Shown in pieces: positions 49,326 to 60,521 of a stretch of 64,000 nucleotides of DNA (positions are counted from its first letter, which is position 1; each line of letters opens with the position of its first letter). The notes beneath the pieces are model-generated. The model saw only the letters and a list, made by a program, of their open reading frames with translations. It did no database searches and was not told where the DNA came from. The stretch is taken from positions 121,334,001 through 121,398,000 of the forward strand of contig NC_086104.1 in NCBI RefSeq assembly GCF_963921235.1, in the 5' to 3' direction. Source of the DNA: Mobula hypostoma (taxonomy: Eukaryota). The position numbers and the translations under genes are program-made.

Positions 49326-49693
49326 CTCGTACCAGGAGCATGGTCCCGTTCCCTCGGAGCAGCAGCTGGCGGTCGGGAAGGTGAACGGACGCCAGGCAGC
49401 GGTAGGTGTTGGAGTGGCTCGGTCGGAGGTGCCGGAGTTGGAGGGAGAGTCCCGTGCCGATCTCACTCTCAGGGAGAACATTTTGCTGCTGGGATCCCTC
49501 GGGGGGGGGGGGGGCGGATAGACGACACGCTCCTCTCCCTCCTCCTCTGTACCGCCGACCACCCAATAGGGGTAGTTTATCACCCGGGGCTCCGTCAGCC
49601 CCAGAACTTCGCAGTGCAACGTCACGTTGGAGCCACTCGGGACCTCCAACCTCCGAGGCCACTGGAACACGGAGAGGGTGGCGAGCGAGATGT
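49326..49693 (-). pseudogene. Gene B exon V3: V domain frameshifted by an 8-nt homopolymer expansion
   Basis: 368 nt; G14 at 49501-49514 versus G6 in V1; splice sites intact; both halves otherwise open. Confidence 0.85.
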
Positions 49694-51006
49694 CTGTAAC
49701 ATTGTAAGGAAGAATCGTGAGGGAGCATCCGTAACATATAGAGGGAAGGAGAGAGAGAGAGAGAGAGAGAAGTGGATGAGTGAGTTTCTTTATCACAGTG
49801 AGGGAGGGAGAATGGCGAGTAATCGTCTGTAAGACCTGGAGACTGTTGTGAGGGAGGGTCTGTAATGCAAGGAGGTAGAAAGTGTAGTGAGGGAGTGTCT
49901 GTAACATAGGGAGGGAGGGAGAAAATAGTGAAGGACCGTCTGTACACAGGAAAGAGGAATGGAGGGGCAGACATTAAACGTGGAGTGATATCAAACTGTA
50001 AGGAAAGAGTTAAACATGATTCGTCCTTGGTATGTGCGAAACAAAAAGTAAGTCTGCCAGACAACATGGTGTTAACCCGGAGTGGAACTGATTTGAGAAA
50101 GTTGAATGAGTACAAGTTTCCAGTCTGGAGAGTAGATCATGATGAATACAAGTTTGTGTCAGGAAGGCGAGGCCTTTGGCCAGGTACCAAACAGTGACCC
50201 AGCAGGGAGAGTTCTGGGGTATGAGTTATGTTAGAGTTTTAAAACGATACTGAAGGGTGTAGGTACGGGTAAATCTTTCTGCAAGAGGGGACAATTTTCC
50301 ATCAGACCACGTTACGACCAGTGATAACGGTAAGAGTTGGGGACGATAGAGACAAGTACGTTGAGAGAGAGAGAGAGATGTAAGTTTGTGGGATCTGCGA
50401 TGTCTTCCGGAATCTGCAAATCAGCCCGTTCAGTGTGTTTATTGCGACATCATTAACCCTTGGTTTTCTTTTTTGCATTGCATGGTTATATAATTCTAAT
50501 GCTGTAAAATAATTTATTGTAGATTAACACGTGTACAGTTGTCTCCTTCGTTTGCAAATACAGACCCGAATGTCTATTGCTGTAACAGGAATGAATACGG
50601 AACGAATTTTTAGACAATTATCGTAGCGCAAACACAGCCCCAAATCGGGCAAACTCTGCCTAACACTCCCATTTTCCCCATGTCCCTCCTGCCATTCATC
50701 CCGTATCCATGACATTTCCGTCTCGTCCTCAGGCGTTCCCTGCTCCCTCTCTCCCAACCCAAGTCCCAGTTCCACATCCCACCCACGACTCCCCTATTCT
50801 CCACTCGCACAATTTGTACAGTTACACACACAAATAGATACACTGATATACTCCCCAAGATCGGGTTAAAGATGGAATCTTCCCCAGCGCTTCGACGGAA
50901 AAGTATCTATGGAAAAACTGCACCGAATATGGGATATTGTCCCAGGAGTGATGCGGAATCCGCGGGTAGCTAGTGGGGAACGAGGGCAGTGGGACCGGAG
51001 ACTCAC

Positions 51007-51366
51007 CTCGTACCAGGAGCACGGTCCCGTTCCCTCGGAGCAGCAGCCGCCGGTCGGTAAGATGAACGGACGCCAGGCAGCGGTAGGTGTTGGAGTGGCT
51101 CGGGCGGAGGTGCCGGAGTTGGAGGGAGAGTCCCGTGCCGATCTCACACTCAGGGAGAGCATCTTGCTGCCGGGATCCCTCGGGGGGCGGGTAGAGGACA
51201 CGTTCCTCTCCCTCGTCCTCTGTCCCGCCCACCACCCAATAGGGGTCAATTATGACCCGGGGCTCCGTCAGCCCCAGAACTTCGCAGTGCAGCGTCACGT
51301 TGGAGCCACTCGGGACCTCCAACCTCCGAGGCCACTGGGACACGTAGAGGGTGACGAGGGAGCCGT
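51007..51366 (-). CDS. Gene B exon V4: VJ-type Ig V domain
   Basis: 360 nt, phase 1-1, open; extra Cys (LPECEIG). Confidence 0.9.
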
Positions 51367-52589
51367 CTGTAACACAGTGAGAGAGGGAGAAAAGTGAGCG
51401 AGCGTCTGTAACACATGGAGAGAAGTGGAGAGAGAGTAGTGAGGGAGCGTCTGCAACACAGAGAGTGAGGAAGTGGAAGGAGGGAGCGTCTGTTACACAA
51501 GGAGGGAGAGAGTAGTGAGGGAGCGTCTGCACACAGGAAGCGGATGGGAGGGGTAGAGGATAAACGTGGAGAGATAAATAACCATGATTTGTTCTTGATA
51601 TGTGCCAAAATAAAATGCAATGCTGCCAGACAACATGGTGTTAACCCGGGGTAGAACTGATTTGAGGAAGTTGAATGAGTACAAGTCTCCAGCCTGGAGA
51701 GTAGATCGTGATGAATACAAGTTTGTGTCGGGAAGGCGAGGCCATTGTCCAGGTACCAAATACAGGTAGTGAAAATTAAGGAGAGTTCTGGGATAAGAGT
51801 AATGTTAGAGTTTTAAAGGGATATTGAAGGGTGTAGATACGGGTAAATCTTTGTGCAAGTGGGGACAATTTTCCATCAGACCACGTTACGACCAGGGAAA
51901 ATGATAAAAGATGGGGAAGATAGAGATAAGGACGTCGAGTGAGAGAGAGATGAAAGAGTGTGGTATCTGCGAATCCTTCTGGCATCTGCAAATCAGCTCG
52001 TTCAGTGGACGGGATGTGTTTGTTTTTCGCGACATCATTAACCCTTCGTTTGGCTTTTTGCATTGCATGTTTATATAACCCTAATAAAACAATTTATTGT
52101 AGTTTAACACGTGCACAATTGTCACCTTTGTTTGCAAATACAGACCTGATTACCTATTGCTGTATCAGGAATGAGCAAGGAACGAATTCTTAAACAATTA
52201 TCGTCGCGCAAACGCAGCCCCAAATCGGGCAAACTCTGCCTAACACTCCTATTTTCCCCATGTCCCTCCTCCCATTCATCCCATATCCATGACATTTCCC
52301 TCTCGTCCTCAGGCGTTCCCTGCTCCCTCTCTCCCAATCCAAGTCCCAGTTCCACATCCCACTCTCAACTCCACTATTCTCCACTCGCACAATTTGTAAA
52401 GAGTTACACACAAAACTAGATACACTGATATACTCCCCAAGATCGGGTTAAAGATGGAATCTTCCCCAGCGCTTCGACGGAAAAGTATCTATGGAAAAAC
52501 TGCACCGAATATGGGATCCGATTGCAGGAATGATGCGGGAATCTGGGGACAGCTGGTGGGGAACGAGGGCAGTGGGACCGGAGACTCAC

Positions 52590-52949
52590 CCCGTACCAGG
52601 AGCACGGTTCCGTTCCCTCGGAGCAGCAGCGGCCGGTCGGGAAGGCGAACGGACGCCAGACAGCGGTATGTGTTGGAGTGGCTCGGGCGGAGGTGCCGGA
52701 GTTGGAGGGAGAGTCCCGTGTCGATCTCACTCTCAGGGAGAGCATCTTGCTGCTGGGATCCCTCTGGGAGCGGGTAAACGACACGTTCCTCCTCTCCCTC
52801 CCCCTTCTCACCGACCACCCAAAAGGGGTAGATTTTCACCCGGGGATCGGTCAGTCCCAGAACCTCGCAGTGCAGCGTCACGTTGGAACCACTCGGGACC
52901 TCCACCCTCTGAGGCCACTGGGTCACGTAGAGGGTGGCGAGCGAGATGT
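52590..52949 (-). CDS. Gene B exon V5: VJ-type Ig V domain
   Basis: 360 nt, phase 1-1, open. Confidence 0.9.
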
Positions 52950-54172
52950 CTGTAACATAGTAAGGGAGGGAGAATGGTGAAGGAGCGTCCGTAACATATA
53001 GAGGGAAGGAGAGAGAGAGAGAGGTGGATGAGAGAGTTTCTTTAACATTGAGAGAGGGAGAATGGCGAGAAATCGTCTGTAACACATGGAGGCAGTTGTG
53101 AGGGAGGGTCTGTAATACAGGGAGGGAGGCAGAACGTAGTGAAGGACCGTCTGTACACAGGAAAGAGGAATGGAGGGGCAGAGATTAAACGTGGAGTGAT
53201 ATCAAACTGTAAGGAAAGAGTTAAACATGATTCGTCCTTGGTATGTGCTAAACAAAAAGCAAGTCTGCCAGACAACATGGTGTTAACCCGGAGTGGAACT
53301 GATTTGAGGAAGTTGAATGAGTACAAGTCTCCAGCCTGGAGAGTAGATCTTGATGAATACAAGTTTGTGTCGGGAAGGCGAGGCCTTTGGCCAGGTACCA
53401 AACAGTGACCCAGCAGGGAGAGTTCTGGGGTATGAGTTATGTTAGAGTTTTAAAACGATACTGAAGGGTGTAGGTACGGGTAAATCTTTGTGCAAGTGGG
53501 GACAATTTTCCATCAGACCACTTTAGGACCAGTGATAATGGTAAGAGTTGGGGAAGAGAGCGCTTTCCATCCGGCATTTGCAGATCAGCTCGTTCAGTGG
53601 ACGGGATGTGTTTGTTTTTCGCGATATCATTAACCCTTCGTTTTCCTTTTTGAATTGCATGGTTATATAATTCTAATAAAGCAACTTATTGCGGTTTAAC
53701 ACGTGCACGCTTGTCCCCTTTGTTTGTAAATACAGAGCCGAATGCTTACTCATGAATCAAGAAAGAACACGGAAGGATTTTTTAAACGATTATCGTTACG
53801 CAAACACAGCCCCAAATCGGGCAAATTCTGCCTAACACTCCCATTTTCCCCATGTCACTCCTCCCATTCACCTCGCATCCATGACATTTTCCTCTCGTCC
53901 TCAGGCGTTCCCTGCTCCCTCTCTCCCAATCCAAGTCCCAGTTCCACATCCCACTCTCAACTCCACTCGCACAATTTGTACAGAGTTACACACACAAATA
54001 GATACACTGATATACTCCCCAAGATCGGGTTACAGATGGAATCTTCCCCAGCGCTTCGACGGAGATGTATCTATGGAAAAACTGCACCGAATATGGGATC
54101 CGACTGCAGGAATGATGCTGGATTCTGGGGACAGCTGGTGGGGAAACGAGGGCAGTGGAACCGGAGACTCAC

Positions 54173-54532
54173 CTCGTACCAGGAGCACGGTCCCGTTCCC
54201 TCGGAACAGCAGCTCCCCGTCGGGAAGGCGAACGGACGCCAGACAGCGGTATGTGTTGGAGTGGCTCGGGCGGAGGTGCCGGAGTTGGAGGGAGAGTCCC
54301 GTGCCGATCTCACTCTCAGGGAGAGCATCTTGCTGCTGGGATCCCTCTGGGATCGGGTAAACGACACGTTCCTCCTCTCCCTCCCCCTTCTCACCGACCA
54401 CCCAAAAGGGGTAGATTTTCACCCGGAGATCGGTCAGCCCCAGAACCTCGCAGTGCAGCGTCACGTTGGAACCACTAGGGACCTCTAACCTCCGAGGCCA
54501 CTGGGACACGTAGAGGGTGGCGAGGGAGCTGT
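54173..54532 (-). CDS. Gene B exon V6: VJ-type Ig V domain
   Basis: 360 nt, phase 1-1, open. Confidence 0.9.
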
Positions 54533-55581
54533 CTGTAACATAGTGAGGGAGGGAGAATGGTGAGGGAGCGTTTGTAACACATGGAGATAGGGAGAGAGTA
54601 GCGAGTGTAGAGGTTGGGAGGGGCAGAGAGTAAACGTGGAGTGATATCAAACTGTAAGGAAAGAGTTAAACATGATTCGTCCTTGGTATGTGCTAAATAA
54701 AAAGGAAGTCTGCCAGACAACATGGTATTAACCCGGAGTGGAACTGATTTGAGGAAGTTGAATGAGTACAAGTCTCCAGCCTGGAGAGTAGATCGTGATG
54801 ATTACAAGTTTGTGTCGGGAAGGCGAGGCTTTTGTCCAGGTACCAAATACAGGTAGTGAAAATCAAGGAGTGTTCTGGGATAAGAGTAATGTTAGAGCTT
54901 TAAAGGGATATTGAAGGGTGTAGATACGGGTAAATCTTTGTGCAAGTGGGGACAATTTTCCATCAGAACACGTTACGACCAGGGAAAATGATAAAAGATG
55001 GGGAAGATAGAGATGAGGACGTCGAGTGAGAGAGAGAAAGAGAGAGAGATGAAAGAGTGTGGTATCTGCGAATCCTCCTGGCATCTGCAAATCAGCTCGT
55101 TCAGTGGACGGGATGTGTTTGTTTTTCGCGACATCATTAACCCTTCGTTTGGCTTTTTGCATTGCATGTTTATATAACCCTAATAAAACAATTTATTGTA
55201 GTTTAACACAATTGTCAGCTTTGTTTGCAAATACAGACCTGATTACCTATTGCTGTATCAGGAATGAGCAAGGAACGAATTCTTAAACAATTATCGTTGC
55301 GCAAACGCAGGCCCAAATCGGGCAAACTCTGCCTAACACTCCTATTTTCCCCATGTCCCTCCTCCCATTCATCCCATATCCATGACATTTCCCTCTCGTC
55401 CTCAGGCGTTCCCTGCTCCCTCTCTCCCAACCCAAGTCCCAGTTCCACATCCCACTCTCAACTCCACTATTCTCCACTCGCACAATTTGTACAGAGTTAC
55501 ACACACAAATAGATACACTGATATACTCCCCAAGATCGGGTTAAAGATGGAATCTTCCCCAGCGCTTCGACGGAAATGTAT

Positions 55582-57779
55582 TGTGTCGGGGTCCTGAATT
55601 ACCCCCTATGAACTGTACTTTTGAAAAGAGAAAGAAAAAGAGAGAGAGAAAGGAAGAGAGAGAGAAACGAAGACTAACTTTTACGGTCACTTTAAGGCAT
55701 GAGGAACTTTTGGATTTCTGCTGAGTTGGAGATGGCACCCAGAAGTTCCCAAGTTGCTACGGTGACCGAAGGCGACGTTATTTGATGGACAATCGATATT
55801 ATGATTTTTCGATAGCGTGTTCATACTTCTCAAGGACATTCGCCTGCTTGTGCATTTCTAACACAGAGAAAGGAAGGAGGAGTTATTCGAATGACAGTTG
55901 GTACTCAGTACGGTGAGATAAATAGGAGGTCAGATGATATAGACCTCAGACACCTGTTCTGGACACTGAATGAGCTTAGTTGTGCACGCAAAAAAAAAGT
56001 GGGTTATTGGAGGATCGATCAGGCAGATCGATCTGTGGCTCTTGCACAAGTCTGCAATGGCACGTGGGAAGAGCATACTGCAGCGGTAGAAAAACTGTTT
56101 GACAGACTTTCCAAGGCCACTCTTACTGTGAACCTCGCTAACAGCGAGTTTGGCCACGCCACAGTTACATATCTTGGCTATGTAGTAGGCCAAGGCCAAC
56201 TGGCTCCTGTGCAGGCCAAGGTTCAAGCTATTGCTGAGGTACCTGTTCCGACAGGTAAGAAAGCTTTGAGAAGGTTTTTTAGGAATGGTTGGGTCTTATT
56301 GTAAGTTTTGTAAGAACTTTGCTGACATTTCTCTCCCCCTAACAAAACTCCTAGGGAAGAGTGAAAGATTTGTATGGAATGACCTTTGCCAGGGGGCATT
56401 TGAACGTCTGAAAACCATCCTGTGCTCAAAGCACCTGATTTTTCCAAGCCATTTTCTATAGCAACAGACGCTAGTGACGAAGCTGCTGGGGCAGTACTGT
56501 TACAGAAGGGTGTGGATGACATTGAACACCCAGTAGCTTATTTCTCTAAGAAATTTAATTTGCACCAGAAAAATTATTCAACTGTTGAAAAGGAATTACT
56601 AGCACTTATTCTGGCCGTACAACATTTTAAGGTCCATGTTCAGAGACCTCAAAATCTTTCTGGTGCCTAGAGACCACTTGTGATTTACATGGTCCATAAT
56701 CCGTTGGTGTTTCTAACTAAGATGAAGGATAAGAATAGAAGGTTGTTAAATTGGAGTCTGATATTGGAAGAATGTGACTTAAAATCAAACATGTGAAAAG
56801 TACTGACAATATTCTAGCTGATTGTTTATCTAGATGTTAAGTTGGTAATTGAACACGTTTTTCCTCTGTCATCTGATGATCAGACATGTAATGTTTTAAA
56901 ATCTGTAATTTACATTTGGACTAAAAAAATTTTCGCCTTCATCAAAATTGTTTTTTCTGAAGAAAGGGGCTGTAATGGGGTCCTGAATTACCCCCTATGA
57001 ACTGTGCTTTTGAAAAGAGAAAGAAGGAGAGGGAGAGAAAGAAAGAGAGAGAGAGAGAGAAGAAAACTAACTTTTGGATGGTCACTTTAAGGCACGAGGA
57101 ACTTTTGGATTTCTGCTGATTTGGAGATGGCACCAAGTAGCTCGTAAGTTGCTATGGTGACCACAGGCGGCGTTATGTGATGGACAATCGATGTCATGAT
57201 GATATAGACCTCAGACACATGTTTTGGACATTGAATGAGCTTTGTTGTGCCCGCAGAAAAAGTAGGCTTTTGGAGGATCAAGCAGGCAGTTCAATCAGTG
57301 GCTCTTGCACTGAAAAGAAAAGGCAGTGACCGGTGGGGAGTTATCCATGTGTCCACCCTTGCCTGGGTAACAGCTCCACCACAGGAAACCTGTCCCTTTG
57401 TTGTGGACACTGTCGGTGAATTTTAAAGGATTTCGGAGGACAACGAGAAGATCGACGGCGTTAGCTCACCTGAAGACTCAAATCTCTGCCCCTCTCTCCA
57501 TCACTACTCAACTCAATACCACGAACTGAACTGAAATTTACTCATCATTGTAAGATTGTAACTTCTTACCCCGACTTGAAAAAGCTTGATTTTCATATAT
57601 TTCCACACTTACTGATTTACTTACCTATATATAATCATTGCTAATCTGTTTGATTTACCTACATTTATATTAGTGTATTGCGTAGTTATTAATAAATATT
57701 ATTAGTTAATAGCAATGCTGGACTTCGAAGTGTTTTCTATTTCTGCTGGTTCTTTATTCCCGTCACGGCGTACGTGACA
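55582..57779 (+). mobile_element. Internally deleted Gypsy LTR retrotransposon (partial 5' LTR 55582-~56050, RT end/RNase H, PPT, 3' LTR 56971-57779)
   Basis: TG...CA ends, GTAT target-site duplication (55578-81 / 57780-83), gaagaaagggg before the 3' LTR, APDFSKPFSIATDAS...HPVAYFSKKF...EKELLAL. Confidence 0.92.
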
Positions 57780-57884
57780 GTATCTATGAAAAAACTGCAC
57801 CAAATATGGGATCCGATCCCAGGAATGAGGCGGGAATCTGGGGGCAGCTAACGGGGAATGAGGACAGTGGGACCGGAGACTCAC

Positions 57885-58244
57885 CTCGTACCAGGAGCAC
57901 GGTCCCGTTCCCTCGGAGCAGCAGCTGCCGGTCGGGAAGATGAACGGATGCCAGGCAGCGGTAGGTGTTGGAGTGGCTCGGGCGGAGGTGCCGGAGTTGG
58001 AGGGAGAGTCCCGTGCCGATCTCACTCTCAGGTAGGGTGGCTTCCTGCCGGGATTCCTCTGGGGCTGGGTAGATGACACGTTCCTCCTCTCCCTCCCCCA
58101 TCCCGCTGATCACCCAATAGGGGTAGATTATCACCCGGGGCTCCGTCAGCCCCAGAACTTCACAGTGCAGCGTCACGTTGGAGCCACTCGGGACCTCCAA
58201 CCTCCGAGGCCACTGGGACACGTAGATGGTGGAGAGGGAGCTGT
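57885..58244 (-). CDS. Gene B exon V7: VJ-type Ig V domain
   Basis: 360 nt, phase 1-1, open. Confidence 0.9.
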
Positions 58245-59324
58245 CTGTAACACAGTGAGAGAGGGAGAATGATGAGGGAGCGTCTGTAACACATGGAGGG
58301 AAGGAGAGAGAGACGGATGAAGGAGTTTCTGTAACACAGTGAAGGAGAGAAAGCGGCGGGCATCAGTAACCCCTGGAGAGAGAGAGTTGTGAGGAGGATC
58401 TGTAATACAAGGAGGGAGTGAGTATAGTGAGAGAGTGTGTGTAACACATGGAATGAAGGAGAGAGAGTAGATAGGGAGCGTCTGTAATACAAGGAGGGAG
58501 GGAGTGAGTGAAGTGAGGGAGCGTCTGTAACACAGGGAGGGACGGAGAAAGTAGTGAAGGACCGTCTGTACACAGGATGAGGATGGGAGGGGGCAGAGAT
58601 TAAACGTGGAGTGATATCAAATTGTAAGAAAAGAGTTACACATTATTCGTCCATGGTGTGTGCCAAAATAAAAAGGAAGTCTGCGAGACAACATGGTGTT
58701 AACCCGGAGTGGAACTGATTTGAGGAAGTTGAATGAGTACAAGTCTCCAGCCTGGAGAGTAGATCATGATGAATGCAAGTTTGTGTCGGGAAGGTGAGGC
58801 CTTTGTCCAGGTACCAAATAGTCATCTATCAGGAAGAGTTCTGGGGTAAGAGTTATGTTCCAGTTTTAAAGGATGTTGAAGGGTGTCGATACGGGTTAAT
58901 CTTTGTGTATGTGGGGAGAATTTTCCATCAGACTACGTTACGACCAGTGATAGTGATAAGAGTTGGGTAAGATAGAGACAAGTACGTCCATTGAGAGAGA
59001 GAGATGAAAGATTGTGGGATCTGTGATCCTTCCGCCATCTGCAGATCAGCTCGTTCAGTGGAGAAGAAGTGTTTGTTTTTCGCGACATCATTAACCCTTC
59101 GTTTTCCATTTTTCATTGCATCCTTATATAACACTAATAAAAAAATTTATTGTAGTTTAACACGTGTACAGTTGTCCCCTTTGTTTGCAAATACAGACCC
59201 GAATGCTTATTTCTGAATCAGGAAAGAACACAGAACGAAATTTTAAACCATTATCGTTCCGCAAACACAGCCCAAAATCGGGCAAACTCTGCCTAACCCT
59301 CCCACTTCTCCCCATGTCCCTCCC

Positions 59325-60521
59325 CAGGATACAGACAAGGAGCAGGGACAAGAACGCAGATTTGGGCTAGGACATGGACTAGTCACAGGGAACCCGGACA
59401 AGGAACTATGAACTAGGAGCCTAGGCTTGGACTCCGAGCCAGAGACTGGACAAGGACCCAGGACCTGGGTCTTGCCTCGGGCTCGGACCCCAGAACTAGG
59501 CAAGGACATGACATGGCTACAGGACAGGACGTGGCTGGGAGTCTAGAGGCTTGAGGCTGGGGTCTTGGCTCTTGAAAACAGAGGCTGATAACTCGGAGGC
59601 TGGAGCTCGGAAACAGACTGGGAACTGTACATCAACAAAGAGCCGGGACTTATTCATCGAAAAGCTGGAACTCATCTTTAACACGACACCAACATGAGAC
59701 AGGACAGTACATGGACAGAGAGCCGGGACTTATACTTAGACAAGCTGGGACTCAACTTCTTCTCCACACCAAAGTGGGACAGGACCATCCGTCGGGTAAC
59801 GGCAGAATGGCCGGACTTACCCAACAGAGGCAAAGACATGACAAGGCACGACAGGCCCCCGCAGGGCAACGGCAGAATGGCCTGTTGTACCCCATGGAGG
59901 TGAAGACAAGACAAGACAGATCCCTCCCGCAGGGCAACGGCAGAACGGCCTGACTTATCCCACGGAGGCGAGGACAAGACAAGACAAGACAGATACCACC
60001 GCAGGGCAACAGCAGAACGGCCTGACTTACACCATGGAGGCGAGGACAAGAAGAGATAAACACCGAAGAATGAGAAACAGTTCCATCTCTGCATCGGGGT
60101 TGATCCAAGTAGCAGTTCGGCCAGAAACTTCAACTGGCTACGGAAACAGCCGGATCCCAACCTAGCTCGGAGTGGCTGGCAGCCAGTCAGCTGGCCCAGG
60201 AAACAGCCGAATCCATACCACAAGGACAGCTCCGACTACTGACAGCAAGGGTCCATGAAGCGATGGTTCTCCAACACGGCCTAAAGAGGACAAGTGGCCG
60301 CTCAAGCCTTCCACCAGCAGGTTGCTCCCAGGGGATCTTGACAAGACAAACCAGCAGCCCACAGTTGTCCCCAAGGCTACTTATATTCCAAGCCCCAAGG
60401 TGGGAATCAGGTGCCTATGATTAACTCAACCAAAACAAGGGACAGCTGGAATACCCGGAGTCCTGAATCCACAGACTGGACCGTGAACTGGAATGTGGAC
60501 TTCACGGACCGGACAATGACA
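59325..60521 (-). mobile_element. LTR-like element end with internal ~65-bp tandem repeats
   Basis: Minus strand begins TGTCA-ttgtccggtccgtgaagtcc; repeats of gcagggcaacggcagaa..ggcctgactta...gacaagac at ~59790-60050; no coding domain seen. Confidence 0.6.

Larger units (their letters stand above)
46431..50400. repeat. Segmental duplicate of 28340-29640 + 32040-34700 (3' flank, orphan exon, TM exon, last V exon)
   Basis: Co-linear near-identity; copy A carries an extra ~2.4 kb (env + Nimb, 29640-32040). Confidence 0.9.

Noticed and set aside
55540-55600. A ninth V exon destroyed by the LTR element
   Set aside because: The GTAT target-site duplication shows the intron resumes seamlessly at 57780 and leads to intact V7.
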